Notes: generated from the letters alone by a model not told the origin. DNA of 64,000 nt from a virus (IMGVR_UViG_3300025728_000009:27286-91285), one strand, 5' to 3'; numbered from the stretch's first letter, positions 37,069 through 47,492 are shown. Program-made: numbers and translations.

Positions 37069-37929
37069 TTAAAGTAGAGATGCATACTTACCACCTCCAA
37101 TAACAACAGCTCCGGGGCCACCATAACTAATACCGTAGGTGAGGCCATATCCACCTTCAACGCTCCCACCAAAGTACAAGTCAAACTCTAAATCCCACCC
37201 ACCGGCAAGGCCCAGTGTTGTTAGATCACCATAACCTTTAGCACCGATAACACCTTGGAATGCGAAAGCATCTCCAGCCACGTATGAGCCGTAATTAACT
37301 CTTACACCAATTGGCTTAGGCACAAATCTAGACGGATAGCCACTTGAATAACTAACGTAGTTGAGAAGTACAGTTTCAAAAGAACTTAACTCTTTACCAA
37401 CAAGGAGGGTGTAAGCTGCATCACCCTCTTCAATGATTTGATTCTGAGGGCTATCGAATACAAATTTGACAAACTCTAATAATTGGTTAGGTGTGGCATT
37501 GGTGCTATTCTTAATGATCTTAGCTTTAATGAAAAGTCTATATTGATCATCATTGAGGAGGGTGTTACCAGCAAGAGGATCGTCTATTCCTCTATAAAAT
37601 CCACCGACAGAACTATCATTCAAATCACCAAAAGATTCTGCATCTGGATAACCAAGGTATGCAAAATAGGTGAGAAGTGCTGTGTCGATGAGTTCCCTTG
37701 GCTGACCAACAATATCACCGAGGATGTCTAACTGAGTACCAGTAGCAGTGTCAAGAGAGCGCTCTTGCATCAGTTGGCGGAAGACTTCTTGAAGTTCTAT
37801 CTTTCCGCCAAGGAGGAGTTGTAAATAAGAGTCGAATATCGGATGGTCTTCAGTGCGAAATTGTTCAGTTACTCGACCTCTGGCAACATCTAAATATTGT
37901 TGAATCTCAAAAAGGTTGACTTCTGACAT
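37069..37929 (-). CDS. baseplate wedge subunit (DUF2612-like)
   Basis: ATG.QLDILG.IVG..R; L.DDQYR..IKAKI.KN; PKPIGV. Confidence 0.82.
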   Translation of the reverse strand: MSEVNLFEIQQYLDVARGRVTEQFRTEDHPIFDSYLQLLLGGKIELQEVFRQLMQERSLDTATGTQLDILGDIVGQPRELIDTALLTYFAYLGYPDAESFGDLNDSSVGGFYRGIDDPLAGNTLLNDDQYRLFIKAKIIKNSTNATPNQLLEFVKFVFDSPQNQIIEEGDAAYTLLVGKELSSFETVLLNYVSYSSGYPSRFVPKPIGVRVNYGSYVAGDAFAFQGVIGAKGYGDLTTLGLAGGWDLEFDLYFGGSVEGGYGLTYGISYGGPGAVVIGGGKYASLL

Positions 37930-37938
37930 ACAACCTCC

Positions 37939-39378
37939 TTAAGTGATGACGATGTTGATAGAACTTAGACTAGCTATATCGCTGAAAATAATTGGAATGT
38001 TAGTTGTTCCAATAGGACTTGGTGAAGTACCAATAGTTAGAGATTCAACTTGATGACCCTGAACCGCGTTGATCGGTGTATACAAACGACTGTAGATAAC
38101 ATCGTCACCAGTACCAAAGTTAGCTTGGAAGTACGCAATGAGATTGCTACGAATCAGGTCATTTCCGTTAGCCGGGAAGTTCACGTCAGTTGTAATATCC
38201 ATATTGATATAAATAACAACAGGGTTAGGACGTGAGAAACTTACAACGTGTGTACCACCTTGAATATCAGTGACGTTTACACTCGTATTACCGTAACTCA
38301 AAATGCCAGTTGGTTTGTTTTCCCAAATAGCATTACCAATGTCTTGACTCAAACCACCAGAAACAATAGGAAGGAAGCTGTGGGCTGGAACACCGTTACC
38401 GTCTACAACGCTTGTATCATTCTCATAGATAGTTACTTCAGTAACATTATCAAGATTGATTAGGGCTGAGTAGATAGCATCATATGTATTGGTTGCACGA
38501 TCAAACTTACCATTACGGAAGCGTAAGCGAAGTTCTTCATCCGTCTCACGATTGGTGCCTGCTGACGCAGCCACGGGATTGATTATACTATCCCAACCAA
38601 GCATTGGTGTAAGAATAGTATCAATGGTGTTTGCAGGTTGTTCAATTGGTCCAGCATTGACAGCAACAACTTCACCAATGGTACGAACTTTGTTAATGCC
38701 GAGATTAACAGAAGTGGTGAAGTTTACAGTGCTGAAGATATCATTTCTATCAATTACTAATGTAGTGCCAACAACAGAACTAGTCAGTGTTGGATGACCA
38801 CCAGCAATAACACTTTGCAGACCAGCAAGAATCTCAGCAATCGTTGCACTACCATCTGATGTAAATGTGATGGTGTTAGAGGTCGTTGTGTCGGCATAAG
38901 TGATGGTATAAGCTGTGCTGTCCGCTAGGACTACTACGGAGACGGTTATGCCGCTAGCGTTGCTCGCAGCTAAGGAAATAGCACCAGTTGTAGTGAATTG
39001 TTCACCAGTTGTAGAGCTACTTACTGTCTGCCCTACAGGGATCAGTGTGTTAGTGTCGCCAGCAATTAGAATAGAAGCAGTTGTAAAGGTTTGTTCTTTA
39101 CGTGTAATACCTGCCAATGCTACAAGGTTATCAAGAGCAATACCTGTTGCAGCGTTTGGATCAAACGCTGCATAAACTTCTTGGGCAGCTTCCCAAAGGT
39201 CAGCTTCACTTGGGGCAGCTAGGGAGATAAGGCGACCGAGTGCAGACGAATCTGATACATCAACTACATCGCCTACGGCAACAAGATCTATGAAAAGTTG
39301 TACAGCCAGAGCCCTATCACTTGCTAAGATATCGGCTAAGCGCTTAATGACAAAACCGGCGTCTGTTAAACCTGCCAT
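37939..39378 (-). CDS. baseplate J-like wedge protein
   Basis: A.GIALD; G.NRETDEELR.R; PAHS; IWENKP.GI. Confidence 0.9.
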   Translation of the reverse strand: MAGLTDAGFVIKRLADILASDRALAVQLFIDLVAVGDVVDVSDSSALGRLISLAAPSEADLWEAAQEVYAAFDPNAATGIALDNLVALAGITRKEQTFTTASILIAGDTNTLIPVGQTVSSSTTGEQFTTTGAISLAASNASGITVSVVVLADSTAYTITYADTTTSNTITFTSDGSATIAEILAGLQSVIAGGHPTLTSSVVGTTLVIDRNDIFSTVNFTTSVNLGINKVRTIGEVVAVNAGPIEQPANTIDTILTPMLGWDSIINPVAASAGTNRETDEELRLRFRNGKFDRATNTYDAIYSALINLDNVTEVTIYENDTSVVDGNGVPAHSFLPIVSGGLSQDIGNAIWENKPTGILSYGNTSVNVTDIQGGTHVVSFSRPNPVVIYINMDITTDVNFPANGNDLIRSNLIAYFQANFGTGDDVIYSRLYTPINAVQGHQVESLTIGTSPSPIGTTNIPIIFSDIASLSSINIVIT

Positions 39379-39388
39379 GTGCGTTCCT

Positions 39389-39763
39389 TTAGTTTAACGG
39401 TTGAATTACGATAGGTGCACTGACCTCACCGGTTACAACGCGAACTTTGAATGTTAGGGAGTACTGACGATTTGCAAAAGAAGAGTCAAAAGATACAATT
39501 TCTTTCACACCTTCTTCTGCTAGAATCTGTTGCTGAAAAATCAAATCAGCCGCTGCTTTAGAAGTTTGCTTGATACCGAGTAGACGTTGCCAGTACGGGA
39601 CACCATAAGTAGTGTCCAAAAACCATTCATTTTGGAAGGTAAGCAGCCTGATTTTTAGTCTTTGAGCAACTGTCTCTGTGAATGGTTGAGTAGTATCTTC
39701 AACCTGCAACGGCCCGTTGTGCCAGATGATGTCCCAGGATGTGGGATCGAGTTTGAAATCCAT
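39389..39763 (-). CDS. baseplate gp25/W-like (sheath initiator)
   Basis: VAQRL.IRL..F..EWFLD...GVPY; start moved to MDFKLD. Confidence 0.8.
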   Translation of the reverse strand: MDFKLDPTSWDIIWHNGPLQVEDTTQPFTETVAQRLKIRLLTFQNEWFLDTTYGVPYWQRLLGIKQTSKAAADLIFQQQILAEEGVKEIVSFDSSFANRQYSLTFKVRVVTGEVSAPIVIQPLN

Positions 39764-39773
39764 TACATACCCC

Positions 39774-40541
39774 TTAAGGATTAGATGGTCCCGGTCCGGG
39801 GATGTGGTCATGCGTGCTGAAGATGATACCGTTGAAAGTTTGGATACCAATACCAGTGTAGTTGCCAGTATGCGCATAGTCACCTTGATGCACGATACTG
39901 CCTATCCAAGTTGTGTTTGGAATATCAACAACCATTGTCTGGGCATTCAAATTAATAGAGCTTGAAGCATTAACAGTAGCATCTGAACAATTAATAACTA
40001 CGGGTTGGTTACTTGTATTAATCTCAATACTACCATCAACTTTAATTCTAACTTCAGCTTCAGCACCGCCAAGGTTTCCAAAAATAACCGTATCTTTGGT
40101 ATCATGGGTGAGTACATGCTTTGCTGGATTATTTACGGCCATTCCCGGAGGTTGAATCCCCGGAAGAAAGATGGCATCACCTTTATCCATTTTAGCGAAG
40201 TTCGCGGGACTTGATGGCCTGCCGTTACCAGCTTTCCAGCCATCCATGTTTCTCATAGAGAATAGAGCAGTGCCTGTATCACCAACTTCAATCGGGAACG
40301 TGAATCCGGCCTTCTTAGACACTTGGAAAGAAACTGGAACACCTCCAATGGTTGGACGTTCCGCTACAGTTCCATCTTGTTGCTTCTGATTAATGGTTGG
40401 TTGAATATCTACCATCTGCCCATTCAATCCATCGCGGACAGCAACCACAATACAAGGCATGATTGTGTACACATTATTCATTTGGCTATCAAAAGCACTC
40501 ATCATTGTGCTTTGAATAGCTGCTACTGCTTCTGCACTCAT
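39774..40541 (-). CDS. baseplate central spike (gp138/gpV-like)
   Basis: VP V.F...FTFPI..GD; C-terminal HxH (THDH). Confidence 0.85.
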   Translation of the reverse strand: MSAEAVAAIQSTMMSAFDSQMNNVYTIMPCIVVAVRDGLNGQMVDIQPTINQKQQDGTVAERPTIGGVPVSFQVSKKAGFTFPIEVGDTGTALFSMRNMDGWKAGNGRPSSPANFAKMDKGDAIFLPGIQPPGMAVNNPAKHVLTHDTKDTVIFGNLGGAEAEVRIKVDGSIEINTSNQPVVINCSDATVNASSSINLNAQTMVVDIPNTTWIGSIVHQGDYAHTGNYTGIGIQTFNGIIFSTHDHIPGPGPSNP

Positions 40542-41437
40542 GATCCAGCTCCTGCCTGAACAACCTTCTCTAAGCTGGTAGCTCTAATCTCGGTGTACCA
40601 AGTAGGAGAACGCCAACCACCTGTGTGGCGAAGAGAGTCAACTTTAAGCCAGCCGGTAATCAAAGTGTCTTCTAGATAAATAATATCTCCAGCACTAATA
40701 TCTGGGTTAAGAAGAATCTTCATTTGAATGCCGGGCTTTTTAACTTTATCTTTGGTTGACCTTTGACGATCACCAGAAACACGATAGGGTGTTTCAATCA
40801 AACCTGTATACTTAGAAATCACATAAGCTTGTTGAAAGTTTTCTGTGTTAGCTCTGTCATTGTCATGGATGTAGACTACATTATCGTCTAACTGCCAATT
40901 GCAGGCATATTTCTCACAAATCTCATTCAACATCTCTTTCGGAGTGCCACTAAGCGGATAACCATATATAAGAGGGTTGTTGAGGTTAGTTCCGTTGAAA
41001 ACCCCACGATCAGCACCAATGGCTCTGATAAGTCTTTCAGCAGCGACTTTAGGAGACTGGCCCTCTGGGACAAACTCAGATAATACTTGTTGATTCAGCT
41101 CAACATAGCCACTACCCAAGGTCAGTTGGGTGACTCTATCCGTACCAGCTTTCCGGGTTGTTACATGAGTGACTTGACCCGAGAATAAACGCTTAGGTCC
41201 ACCAGTATCCAAATACCCAGCTGAAAAGACTGCTGCTGGGTAGTCAGTGTCTAGGAGTTTAATGTGCTCAGTGCTAAGATTGTAGACCTCAATACTTGCA
41301 CTATTCGTTTTCTTCTTGTTGTCCGTACTTTTACTAATGTCAAACGTAACTTGAAGATCGGTGACCTGCAAACCTTCTCCAGTTTGAAAATCCCCAATGA
41401 TAAGTTCGTACTGGCGATTCCTCTGGATTAAGTCCAT
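40538..41437 (-). CDS. baseplate hub protein
   Basis: FDISKS...NSA.I.VYNLS; AGY...LF.G; TGLI.TP; LLNP. Confidence 0.8.
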   Translation of the reverse strand: MDLIQRNRQYELIIGDFQTGEGLQVTDLQVTFDISKSTDNKKKTNSASIEVYNLSTEHIKLLDTDYPAAVFSAGYLDTGGPKRLFSGQVTHVTTRKAGTDRVTQLTLGSGYVELNQQVLSEFVPEGQSPKVAAERLIRAIGADRGVFNGTNLNNPLIYGYPLSGTPKEMLNEICEKYACNWQLDDNVVYIHDNDRANTENFQQAYVISKYTGLIETPYRVSGDRQRSTKDKVKKPGIQMKILLNPDISAGDIIYLEDTLITGWLKVDSLRHTGGWRSPTWYTEIRATSLEKVVQAGAGS

Positions 41438-41772
41438 TAATCTTCCTCGGTATAGATGTAGAAAAGATTGTAGTACTGATCAATCGAGTCAGGATAGGTT
41501 TTGTAAGGTTCACTAATAATATCAGCTTTCTCTTCCATCCAGATAAAACCTGTCAACGGGAAGATTGCATAATCTAAAAAGATTGGGTAATTAGGAACTA
41601 AAGCCTCACCTAAAACAATTGGATGGTTGTCAGCATCATACAAATTAATAAAATACAACTTAGACCGTTCATTGTAGATAAACTCAAAGATATATGAGTC
41701 ACCCTGAAAAGCTATGGTGTAAGTATAGTACGGATCAGGGAACAACGACATAGCAACATATTTATCAGCCAT
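41437..41772 (-). CDS. small baseplate/virion protein
   Basis: position between Dit-like and hub; Y.F.F.YNER. Confidence 0.65.
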   Translation of the reverse strand: MADKYVAMSLFPDPYYTYTIAFQGDSYIFEFIYNERSKLYFINLYDADNHPIVLGEALVPNYPIFLDYAIFPLTGFIWMEEKADIISEPYKTYPDSIDQYYNLFYIYTEED

Positions 41773-42550
41773 TCGCTCGTGCCTGCCTTAATGGATCGGT
41801 ATCTTTGGGAGAGTTACCAGTGCCAACATCTTGTGGTGTACTGTCTTGTTTACCCTTAGATGATTTACTTGCAGATTTCTTTGAAATAGAAGCCTGTACA
41901 TCTTTAGGGATAGTTGTTTTCTTCAGGAAAGCAAAAGTAACTTGTTCAAAAGTGATATCACAGTAAAGGCCATAACCGGTGTTAGGATCTTCCTTGAAAG
42001 TGATCTTAGTCATTACAAGATTATTAATAACTTTACGCAGGAGGGTATTATCATATTCAAACAAACGAACAAGTTGAATACTCGGATCAAACTGACCTGT
42101 CTTATCGTTGAAGATTACACCAGCAGTCAGATCAATAAGAGCTTGTCTAATCTGTTCAAGAAGATCTACACGGGCTGAGTCAACAACTACATCAGGACGG
42201 GAATCAGACAAGAATTGTCCAATGCTATCAGGGATGAACCTCTTCAGAACACTTTGATCTGTGGAGTTAACACTAACAGCATCTGGGGCAGGGCCGCTGT
42301 TGTAGGGAGAATTACTTTCCAAATCTTGAATTAGATAAGTCCCGGTACTAATATCCACACCAGTAATCACAGCACCAATTGTAAACACTGGGTTATCTTT
42401 GATGTAGTGGTCTGTGACGTTCCCCCCGGAGTCTATTGGGTGACGGGTGACACTACCCTTATAATTTTGAGTGTAGCTGGAAACCGCATCAAAATAGATG
42501 AAGCCCCCGTTTTCAACAGAGGAGTCACCCCAAGAGATAGCTAGTGACAT
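41765..42550 (-). CDS. Dit-like / baseplate protein
   Basis: FDAV...VTRHPIDSG.NVTDH. Confidence 0.75.
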   Translation of the reverse strand: MSLAISWGDSSVENGGFIYFDAVSSYTQNYKGSVTRHPIDSGGNVTDHYIKDNPVFTIGAVITGVDISTGTYLIQDLESNSPYNSGPAPDAVSVNSTDQSVLKRFIPDSIGQFLSDSRPDVVVDSARVDLLEQIRQALIDLTAGVIFNDKTGQFDPSIQLVRLFEYDNTLLRKVINNLVMTKITFKEDPNTGYGLYCDITFEQVTFAFLKKTTIPKDVQASISKKSASKSSKGKQDSTPQDVGTGNSPKDTDPLRQARANG

Positions 42551-42559
42551 GGATGCTCC

Positions 42560-44392
42560 TTATTGTTTAACTGGGAATTGTACTTGAGCTTGTTCAAACA
42601 AACCTACAACCAGCCCCCTGAATTCATTAGCCAATGCATCAGCCTGACCCTCAACGTCTAGTTGTGCCATTGTTACAGGATCAATATTTAAACCAACTTG
42701 AAATTGGAAGGTTTGAGCAATATCTTTTAGTTGTTGTTCGTCAGCAACAGACTGAGCACCACGAGCATATTCATTAGACACATAGTCTTTGTATTGATTG
42801 GACTCATCTACACTAAAAGGAGCTGAGACATACGCACTTGCACCGGCAATGCTTCCCGCTAAGCCGTAAGCAAAATTACTGAAAGGCCCAGTGCCACGAT
42901 TTGCAATGTCCATTTGGACAATATCAGCACTTGCGGAAGCATTGTCATTCCACTGTTTAAAGCTAGCAACGGCATTCATGATACCAGCAATTTCTCTGGT
43001 AGTGGCTTCGACGGTCGGTAGAAAATTACCAAATGCATCCGAAGGCTTGATTGCCATGATTTGATCCCAAAGGATCTTAATATCTTGCCAGTCTTTTACA
43101 AGTTGTCCGGTTTTATCTACACCAAGCCAATCACCAATAAGACTATCTTTCCCTTCAAGTGCACGAACAAACGATTGGGGCCAAAGAAGTAAGTCATCCG
43201 CGTATTTAGTGGCCTCATTAAAGCCTTCAGACAACACCCTTACCAAGTCACCGCTTTCACTTAGTCCGCTGTTTAAGGTGCGGAATATGCGGGCAAAACC
43301 CTCTTCTACGCCTGAATTAGAGGCAAGAACTGCCATGTCATTTACAGAGTTTTGATAACGGGCTTGTTCAGCTTGAGATGCTTGAGATGCAGTGCCTAAA
43401 GCACCGCCTTGATTAGCTCTTTGTGATGCAGCAGCACCTGCATATGTCAGAATATCACTTGTGACCTTACCTTTTTTCATGTCAGCCAAGAGCTGTTGAA
43501 TAGCATCAGCGCCAGTTTTATTACCGCCAAGCTTAGCTTGATATGCCTGAGCAAACAGTGCTGTACCACCCGGAAGTGCCTCGGCAATTTGACCGGTAAG
43601 TTCCTCAGACATCAACTTACCTTTACCTGCCACTTGGGACAAAGCACGGAATAAACGATTTTGAGTAGTCTTGTCTAGTTTATTAACTCGGGCAAGTTCA
43701 GCAAAGCCACTAAATACTTTCTGGCTCTCTTTTAATCCAATACCTGAACCAGTAAGACCAGAGATTAGTTTGTTGTAGTCTTGACTTGCGTCGAGGAAGT
43801 TGAAACCTACGCGCTGTCCCTCCGATCTAAGGTATTGAAAAGATTCTTTACCTTGCTCTGGTGTACCTCCCGCTTGTTGAACTACAGCAGAAGATTGCAG
43901 CTGGGCACTAACTACTTCTTGGTTTCTTCGATTTAAAGCACTAAGGCCATATCCACCAAAACCTAATGCAAGAGCAGGGCCGTAGAATCCCGAGATACCT
44001 CGACCAATTAAGCCTCCACCTACAGCAGCACCAGTAACATGAGCTGTCTTACTTCCAGTTGGATTAGTACGCTGATTAACATGCATCGGTTGAGCAGATG
44101 CCCTATTCAACGCACTACCAACTGAGCGATTAAGCGCTGCTTGGTTTACAACAAAATTACTCACTTCGAAGACAAGCTTATTACTTGCCATATCCAAAGC
44201 GTTGCCGAGGGCAAAATTAAGCTTCTTCTGATCTACGTTAAAGTTACCGATGTTAAGAACAATTGGTTTATTAGCAAAAGTACCTAACTTCCTCAGCCTG
44301 TTCTCAACATGGTCTAAAGCTTTGTCTGCCTTAGCGACAGAGCTTTTTTCGACCTCTATTCCAAGACTTGCGAAGTAGCGCTGGATCATCAT
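42560..44392 (-). CDS. tape measure protein
   Basis: RALSQ..GKGKLMSEEL.GQIAE.LPG; Ala/Gly-rich; follows chaperone. Confidence 0.9.
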   Translation of the reverse strand: MMIQRYFASLGIEVEKSSVAKADKALDHVENRLRKLGTFANKPIVLNIGNFNVDQKKLNFALGNALDMASNKLVFEVSNFVVNQAALNRSVGSALNRASAQPMHVNQRTNPTGSKTAHVTGAAVGGGLIGRGISGFYGPALALGFGGYGLSALNRRNQEVVSAQLQSSAVVQQAGGTPEQGKESFQYLRSEGQRVGFNFLDASQDYNKLISGLTGSGIGLKESQKVFSGFAELARVNKLDKTTQNRLFRALSQVAGKGKLMSEELTGQIAEALPGGTALFAQAYQAKLGGNKTGADAIQQLLADMKKGKVTSDILTYAGAAASQRANQGGALGTASQASQAEQARYQNSVNDMAVLASNSGVEEGFARIFRTLNSGLSESGDLVRVLSEGFNEATKYADDLLLWPQSFVRALEGKDSLIGDWLGVDKTGQLVKDWQDIKILWDQIMAIKPSDAFGNFLPTVEATTREIAGIMNAVASFKQWNDNASASADIVQMDIANRGTGPFSNFAYGLAGSIAGASAYVSAPFSVDESNQYKDYVSNEYARGAQSVADEQQLKDIAQTFQFQVGLNIDPVTMAQLDVEGQADALANEFRGLVVGLFEQAQVQFPVKQ

Positions 44393-44409
44393 TGTAAAAT
44401 ACTACTCCG

Positions 44410-44954
44410 TCATTTCTGTTTATTTTTATCTGCGGCTCTATCTCTGGCTTGCTTCGTAAGGGCATCATGCACATCGAGCATTTCCAACATATCGTAGAGC
44501 TGTTTAGTGCTATACTTCCAACCCATCTCTGCTGCTAATTCAAGACCGCCTTTCTCATGCATTGCAATTCTGTATATCTGCCACGACTGAGAGAAACTAT
44601 CGTTGATTTCTTTTTCTAAAGGACTTGGCTTAATCCCCGATACAGTGGTTACTCTTCTGTATCGGGCGCCTGAAAAAGTTCTTCGAAGTTGAAGTCCAGC
44701 ACCTCTTTATAAAGTTTATTGAGGTGGGCATAGCGACGAGAGAACTTTACATCAAAGGATTTCTCAGTCATACCAATCGATGGGCAAATGATTTGTTTCA
44801 TTTGACTAAGATCAGCCTTACCACTATCAATTGCTGCTTGATGCTTCTCCATGAACATCAAGCCCAATGTTGCTGGTAAGGCTGTTACAAGATATTCGGT
44901 ATCATCAATTGTCAGAGTTGTTTGTTCTAGAACTTCAAACTTTGGAGCTGCCAT
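44410..44954 (-). CDS. tail assembly chaperone G-T, -1 frameshift product (~181 aa)
   Basis: CTTTTTC at 44678-44672, 10-bp hairpin downstream, 87-codon -1 frame ending just before tape measure. Confidence 0.75.
44649..44954 (-). CDS. tail assembly chaperone (G)
   Basis: position before tape measure; ends NFEELFQ with slippery site. Confidence 0.8.
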   Translation of the reverse strand: MAAPKFEVLEQTTLTIDDTEYLVTALPATLGLMFMEKHQAAIDSGKADLSQMKQIICPSIGMTEKSFDVKFSRRYAHLNKLYKEVLDFNFEELFQAPDTEE

Positions 44955-44971
44955 TTATTTTATCTCAGAAA

Positions 44972-45469
44972 TTAAAATATGTTGTTGATAAAATTAGTAG
45001 CCTCACTCACCGCACTGTCAAAGAGACTCGTAGACGGACGTGTGTTACCACCAACTTCATATGTATCTGTTGTTTGTGCAAAGATTTCCCAGTTCCTATA
45101 CTCAAAACCACCAGAATAAGTGGTTGTTGGGAAGCCTGTAATGTACGCTTCATTTGTTGAGAATACACTGCCGCCAGAACCATCTTTCAATGTCAGAGCA
45201 ATCCTTGAGGTTCCAGTTTCTTCATCAGCAATAAGGATGGTAGACATCACATCATTACTTGGAGAAAACTGAGCCAAAGAGAACTGAATAGTTGCAGAAG
45301 TATCTCTATTAGGAACCCGTGTGTGTTTACCACGAATACCACGAACAACAGTAAAGGACTTTGCACTTCTGGAGATTGAGATGCTTTGCCAACCGACAAC
45401 TTGATAACCACCAATCGTAAGTTTAACTTCGTTGGGTGAATATGTAGTCACAGTGAATCCATTTGCCAT
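44972..45469 (-). CDS. tail tube-like protein (DUF3277-like paralog)
   Basis: YSP.EV.L.IGG..V.G...L.Q.SPSN..; L.LKD.SG. Confidence 0.75.
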   Translation of the reverse strand: MANGFTVTTYSPNEVKLTIGGYQVVGWQSISISRSAKSFTVVRGIRGKHTRVPNRDTSATIQFSLAQFSPSNDVMSTILIADEETGTSRIALTLKDGSGGSVFSTNEAYITGFPTTTYSGGFEYRNWEIFAQTTDTYEVGGNTRPSTSLFDSAVSEATNFINNIF

Positions 45470-45972
45470 CAGATAATTCCCTCTAGAATTGGTAAAGCAC
45501 CCGTGGCAATGTTAATCAAGTCTTGCAGAATACTTTGTTCATCTGCGTTGCTGCCAATATTGATAACCGCTTGAGAAGAGCGTAATACCCAAACTCGGGT
45601 ATCAACAGAAGCACTTTTAGAAAGAGTTGGAAGTTGTTCAATCCAAGTAGTGGTTGAGAAGAACAAATCACTACCGGAAGAATCTTTGATTAGGAGATTG
45701 AATTTCCCACGCTGACTAATCTCATCAAGCTGCCAAAACTTAGTCAGTACATCATTTGAGAAAGATCCACAATGAAGTGTCAAAGTAATTGTATATGTCT
45801 GGTCACTTTGATAAAGCCTGCCCATCTGCCCATCTGCTGTTTTGATGGATGTAAAAGGCATCATATCTTTATTAATAGATATGAAAGTTCCATCTACAAA
45901 CCCTTCAACAGCTAATATGCCGCCAATAAGGCAGGTTACTTCATCAGGAGCATAGTTGAATATTCCGGCCAT
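45469..45972 (-). CDS. tail tube-like protein (DUF3277-like paralog)
   Basis: YAPDEV...GFVDGTF...ITLTL...S.SN; IKDSSG. Confidence 0.75.
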   Translation of the reverse strand: MAGIFNYAPDEVTCLIGGILAVEGFVDGTFISINKDMMPFTSIKTADGQMGRLYQSDQTYTITLTLHCGSFSNDVLTKFWQLDEISQRGKFNLLIKDSSGSDLFFSTTTWIEQLPTLSKSASVDTRVWVLRSSQAVINIGSNADEQSILQDLINIATGALPILEGII

Positions 45973-46026
45973 AAAAGCTCCTTAATAAAAGGAGGGGACA
46001 AAAGTCCCCGCACAGTTATGGTTAAA

Positions 46027-46557
46027 TCAGACGTTCAGTTTCCAACGGTCTGGAACATCACCACCTGCTGCTTCAACAGCAGCAACTTCTGAATCACTAA
46101 GTGGGATATTACCGCCGATGAACAAGTCACTACCAAACAGGTAAATTGCCCAATCACGAGTACTAGTATCAGAAGCAAACTGGACTGCTGGCGGTGCAAC
46201 AATAATTGCGGTATTGGAACTGGCAACAGTCATACCGCTAGGATCTTTCAGGGTACAATTAAATACCCAATCGTTATTAGTAGTGTTAGCATCCGCAAGT
46301 TGTAGTTGCTGAAGTACTGTATTACTTGGGGAATACTGGTGAAGTGTAATAGTTACGTTCATTCCAGTATTGCGGCGGCGGACCCGACCAAAGGCTGCTT
46401 GCCCAATACCTTGATATGGAATCGAACTCGGCTGCAATCTATCCATACTTACAAAAGTTCCATCAGCGAACCCCGTTACAGTATGGACGAAATCACCTTT
46501 TGAAATTACAATCGTAAAGTCGTCAGGTGAGTAGCTCCCGATAAAATTATCTGCCAT
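46027..46557 (-). CDS. major tail tube protein
   Basis: YSPDD...GFADGTF...TITL.Q.SPSN; first tube-fold gene after sheath; hairpin terminator follows. Confidence 0.78.
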   Translation of the reverse strand: MADNFIGSYSPDDFTIVISKGDFVHTVTGFADGTFVSMDRLQPSSIPYQGIGQAAFGRVRRRNTGMNVTITLHQYSPSNTVLQQLQLADANTTNNDWVFNCTLKDPSGMTVASSNTAIIVAPPAVQFASDTSTRDWAIYLFGSDLFIGGNIPLSDSEVAAVEAAGGDVPDRWKLNV

Positions 46558-46565
46558 AGTTACCT

Positions 46566-47492
46566 CTAAGTTGTTTGGGAATCATCCCTTGTCGTTTTGT
46601 TGGGGCGATCCCCGTATATCTCTTCAGAAACATTATCGTATGCAAGGGCTGCTTCTAACTCTGTTTCAAATCTTTTCTGTAGGTACACGATACCATTACG
46701 GTTAATTCGGGCCATCCACTTATCACGCTCTTTATCATAATAAACGCCCTTATAGATTGATGTACAATCTTGAGGTTTAGATTTATTATGATTACCTATA
46801 TCTCGATTAACCCAACGACAATTATCTTTGCAGTAATTACCATCAAAGTCTATACGGTCAATATCAGCACCTTCAAACCAACCTTCAGACATGTCCAACC
46901 AGAAACCTTCAAAAGTCTCCCAATCTATGGGGTAAGAAATCCCACGTTCTCCATACCTATTCCATCGAGAATTGTTTGGGTTGGTGCATCTGTCCTTAAG
47001 TCCCTGCCAAGAGTAGTAGGCTCCTGTACCAGACATTCCGTGAGTAGTCACCAGACCGGAAACTATCTCTTTTTGCAGGCAACCGCACGATTTGGTATTT
47101 CCAGAAACCAATGCCTGTTGTCTTACGCTGAACTGTGAGGACTCCCCGCAAGAACAGATAACCAGAGTCATGTTCCTTGGTGTCTTGCCATTCTCATAGA
47201 ACATGCCGAGATTTTCCAAAACCTCCAACCTACCGTATACATCCCCAACACTCAAATCATTAGTATTTTTAAGTTTTGTCATTTCCCGCTGGTAACAACC
47301 ACAGGAGAAACTAGGTTTAGTTGGGGAGGTTAGAGCTGCGGCCCTGAGAACAGATATGGTTCCGCAATCACAGGTGCACTCTACGAACTTTGCTTTTGAC
47401 CCGTTGGGAAAAGTTTTGTAGAAAACATCTGAGGTAACTTCCCACCTATTGTACTTGTCACCTATATTAATTTGGATAGCTTTAGTTGACAT
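46566..47492 (-). CDS. free-standing HNH-family homing endonuclease with AP2 domain
   Basis: two C.C.CG...SCGC repeats; YGERGI; IDRID.DGNYCKDNCRW; S.YKGV...W.ARI...F.TE.EAA.AYD. Confidence 0.88.
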   Translation of the reverse strand: MSTKAIQINIGDKYNRWEVTSDVFYKTFPNGSKAKFVECTCDCGTISVLRAAALTSPTKPSFSCGCYQREMTKLKNTNDLSVGDVYGRLEVLENLGMFYENGKTPRNMTLVICSCGESSQFSVRQQALVSGNTKSCGCLQKEIVSGLVTTHGMSGTGAYYSWQGLKDRCTNPNNSRWNRYGERGISYPIDWETFEGFWLDMSEGWFEGADIDRIDFDGNYCKDNCRWVNRDIGNHNKSKPQDCTSIYKGVYYDKERDKWMARINRNGIVYLQKRFETELEAALAYDNVSEEIYGDRPNKTTRDDSQTT

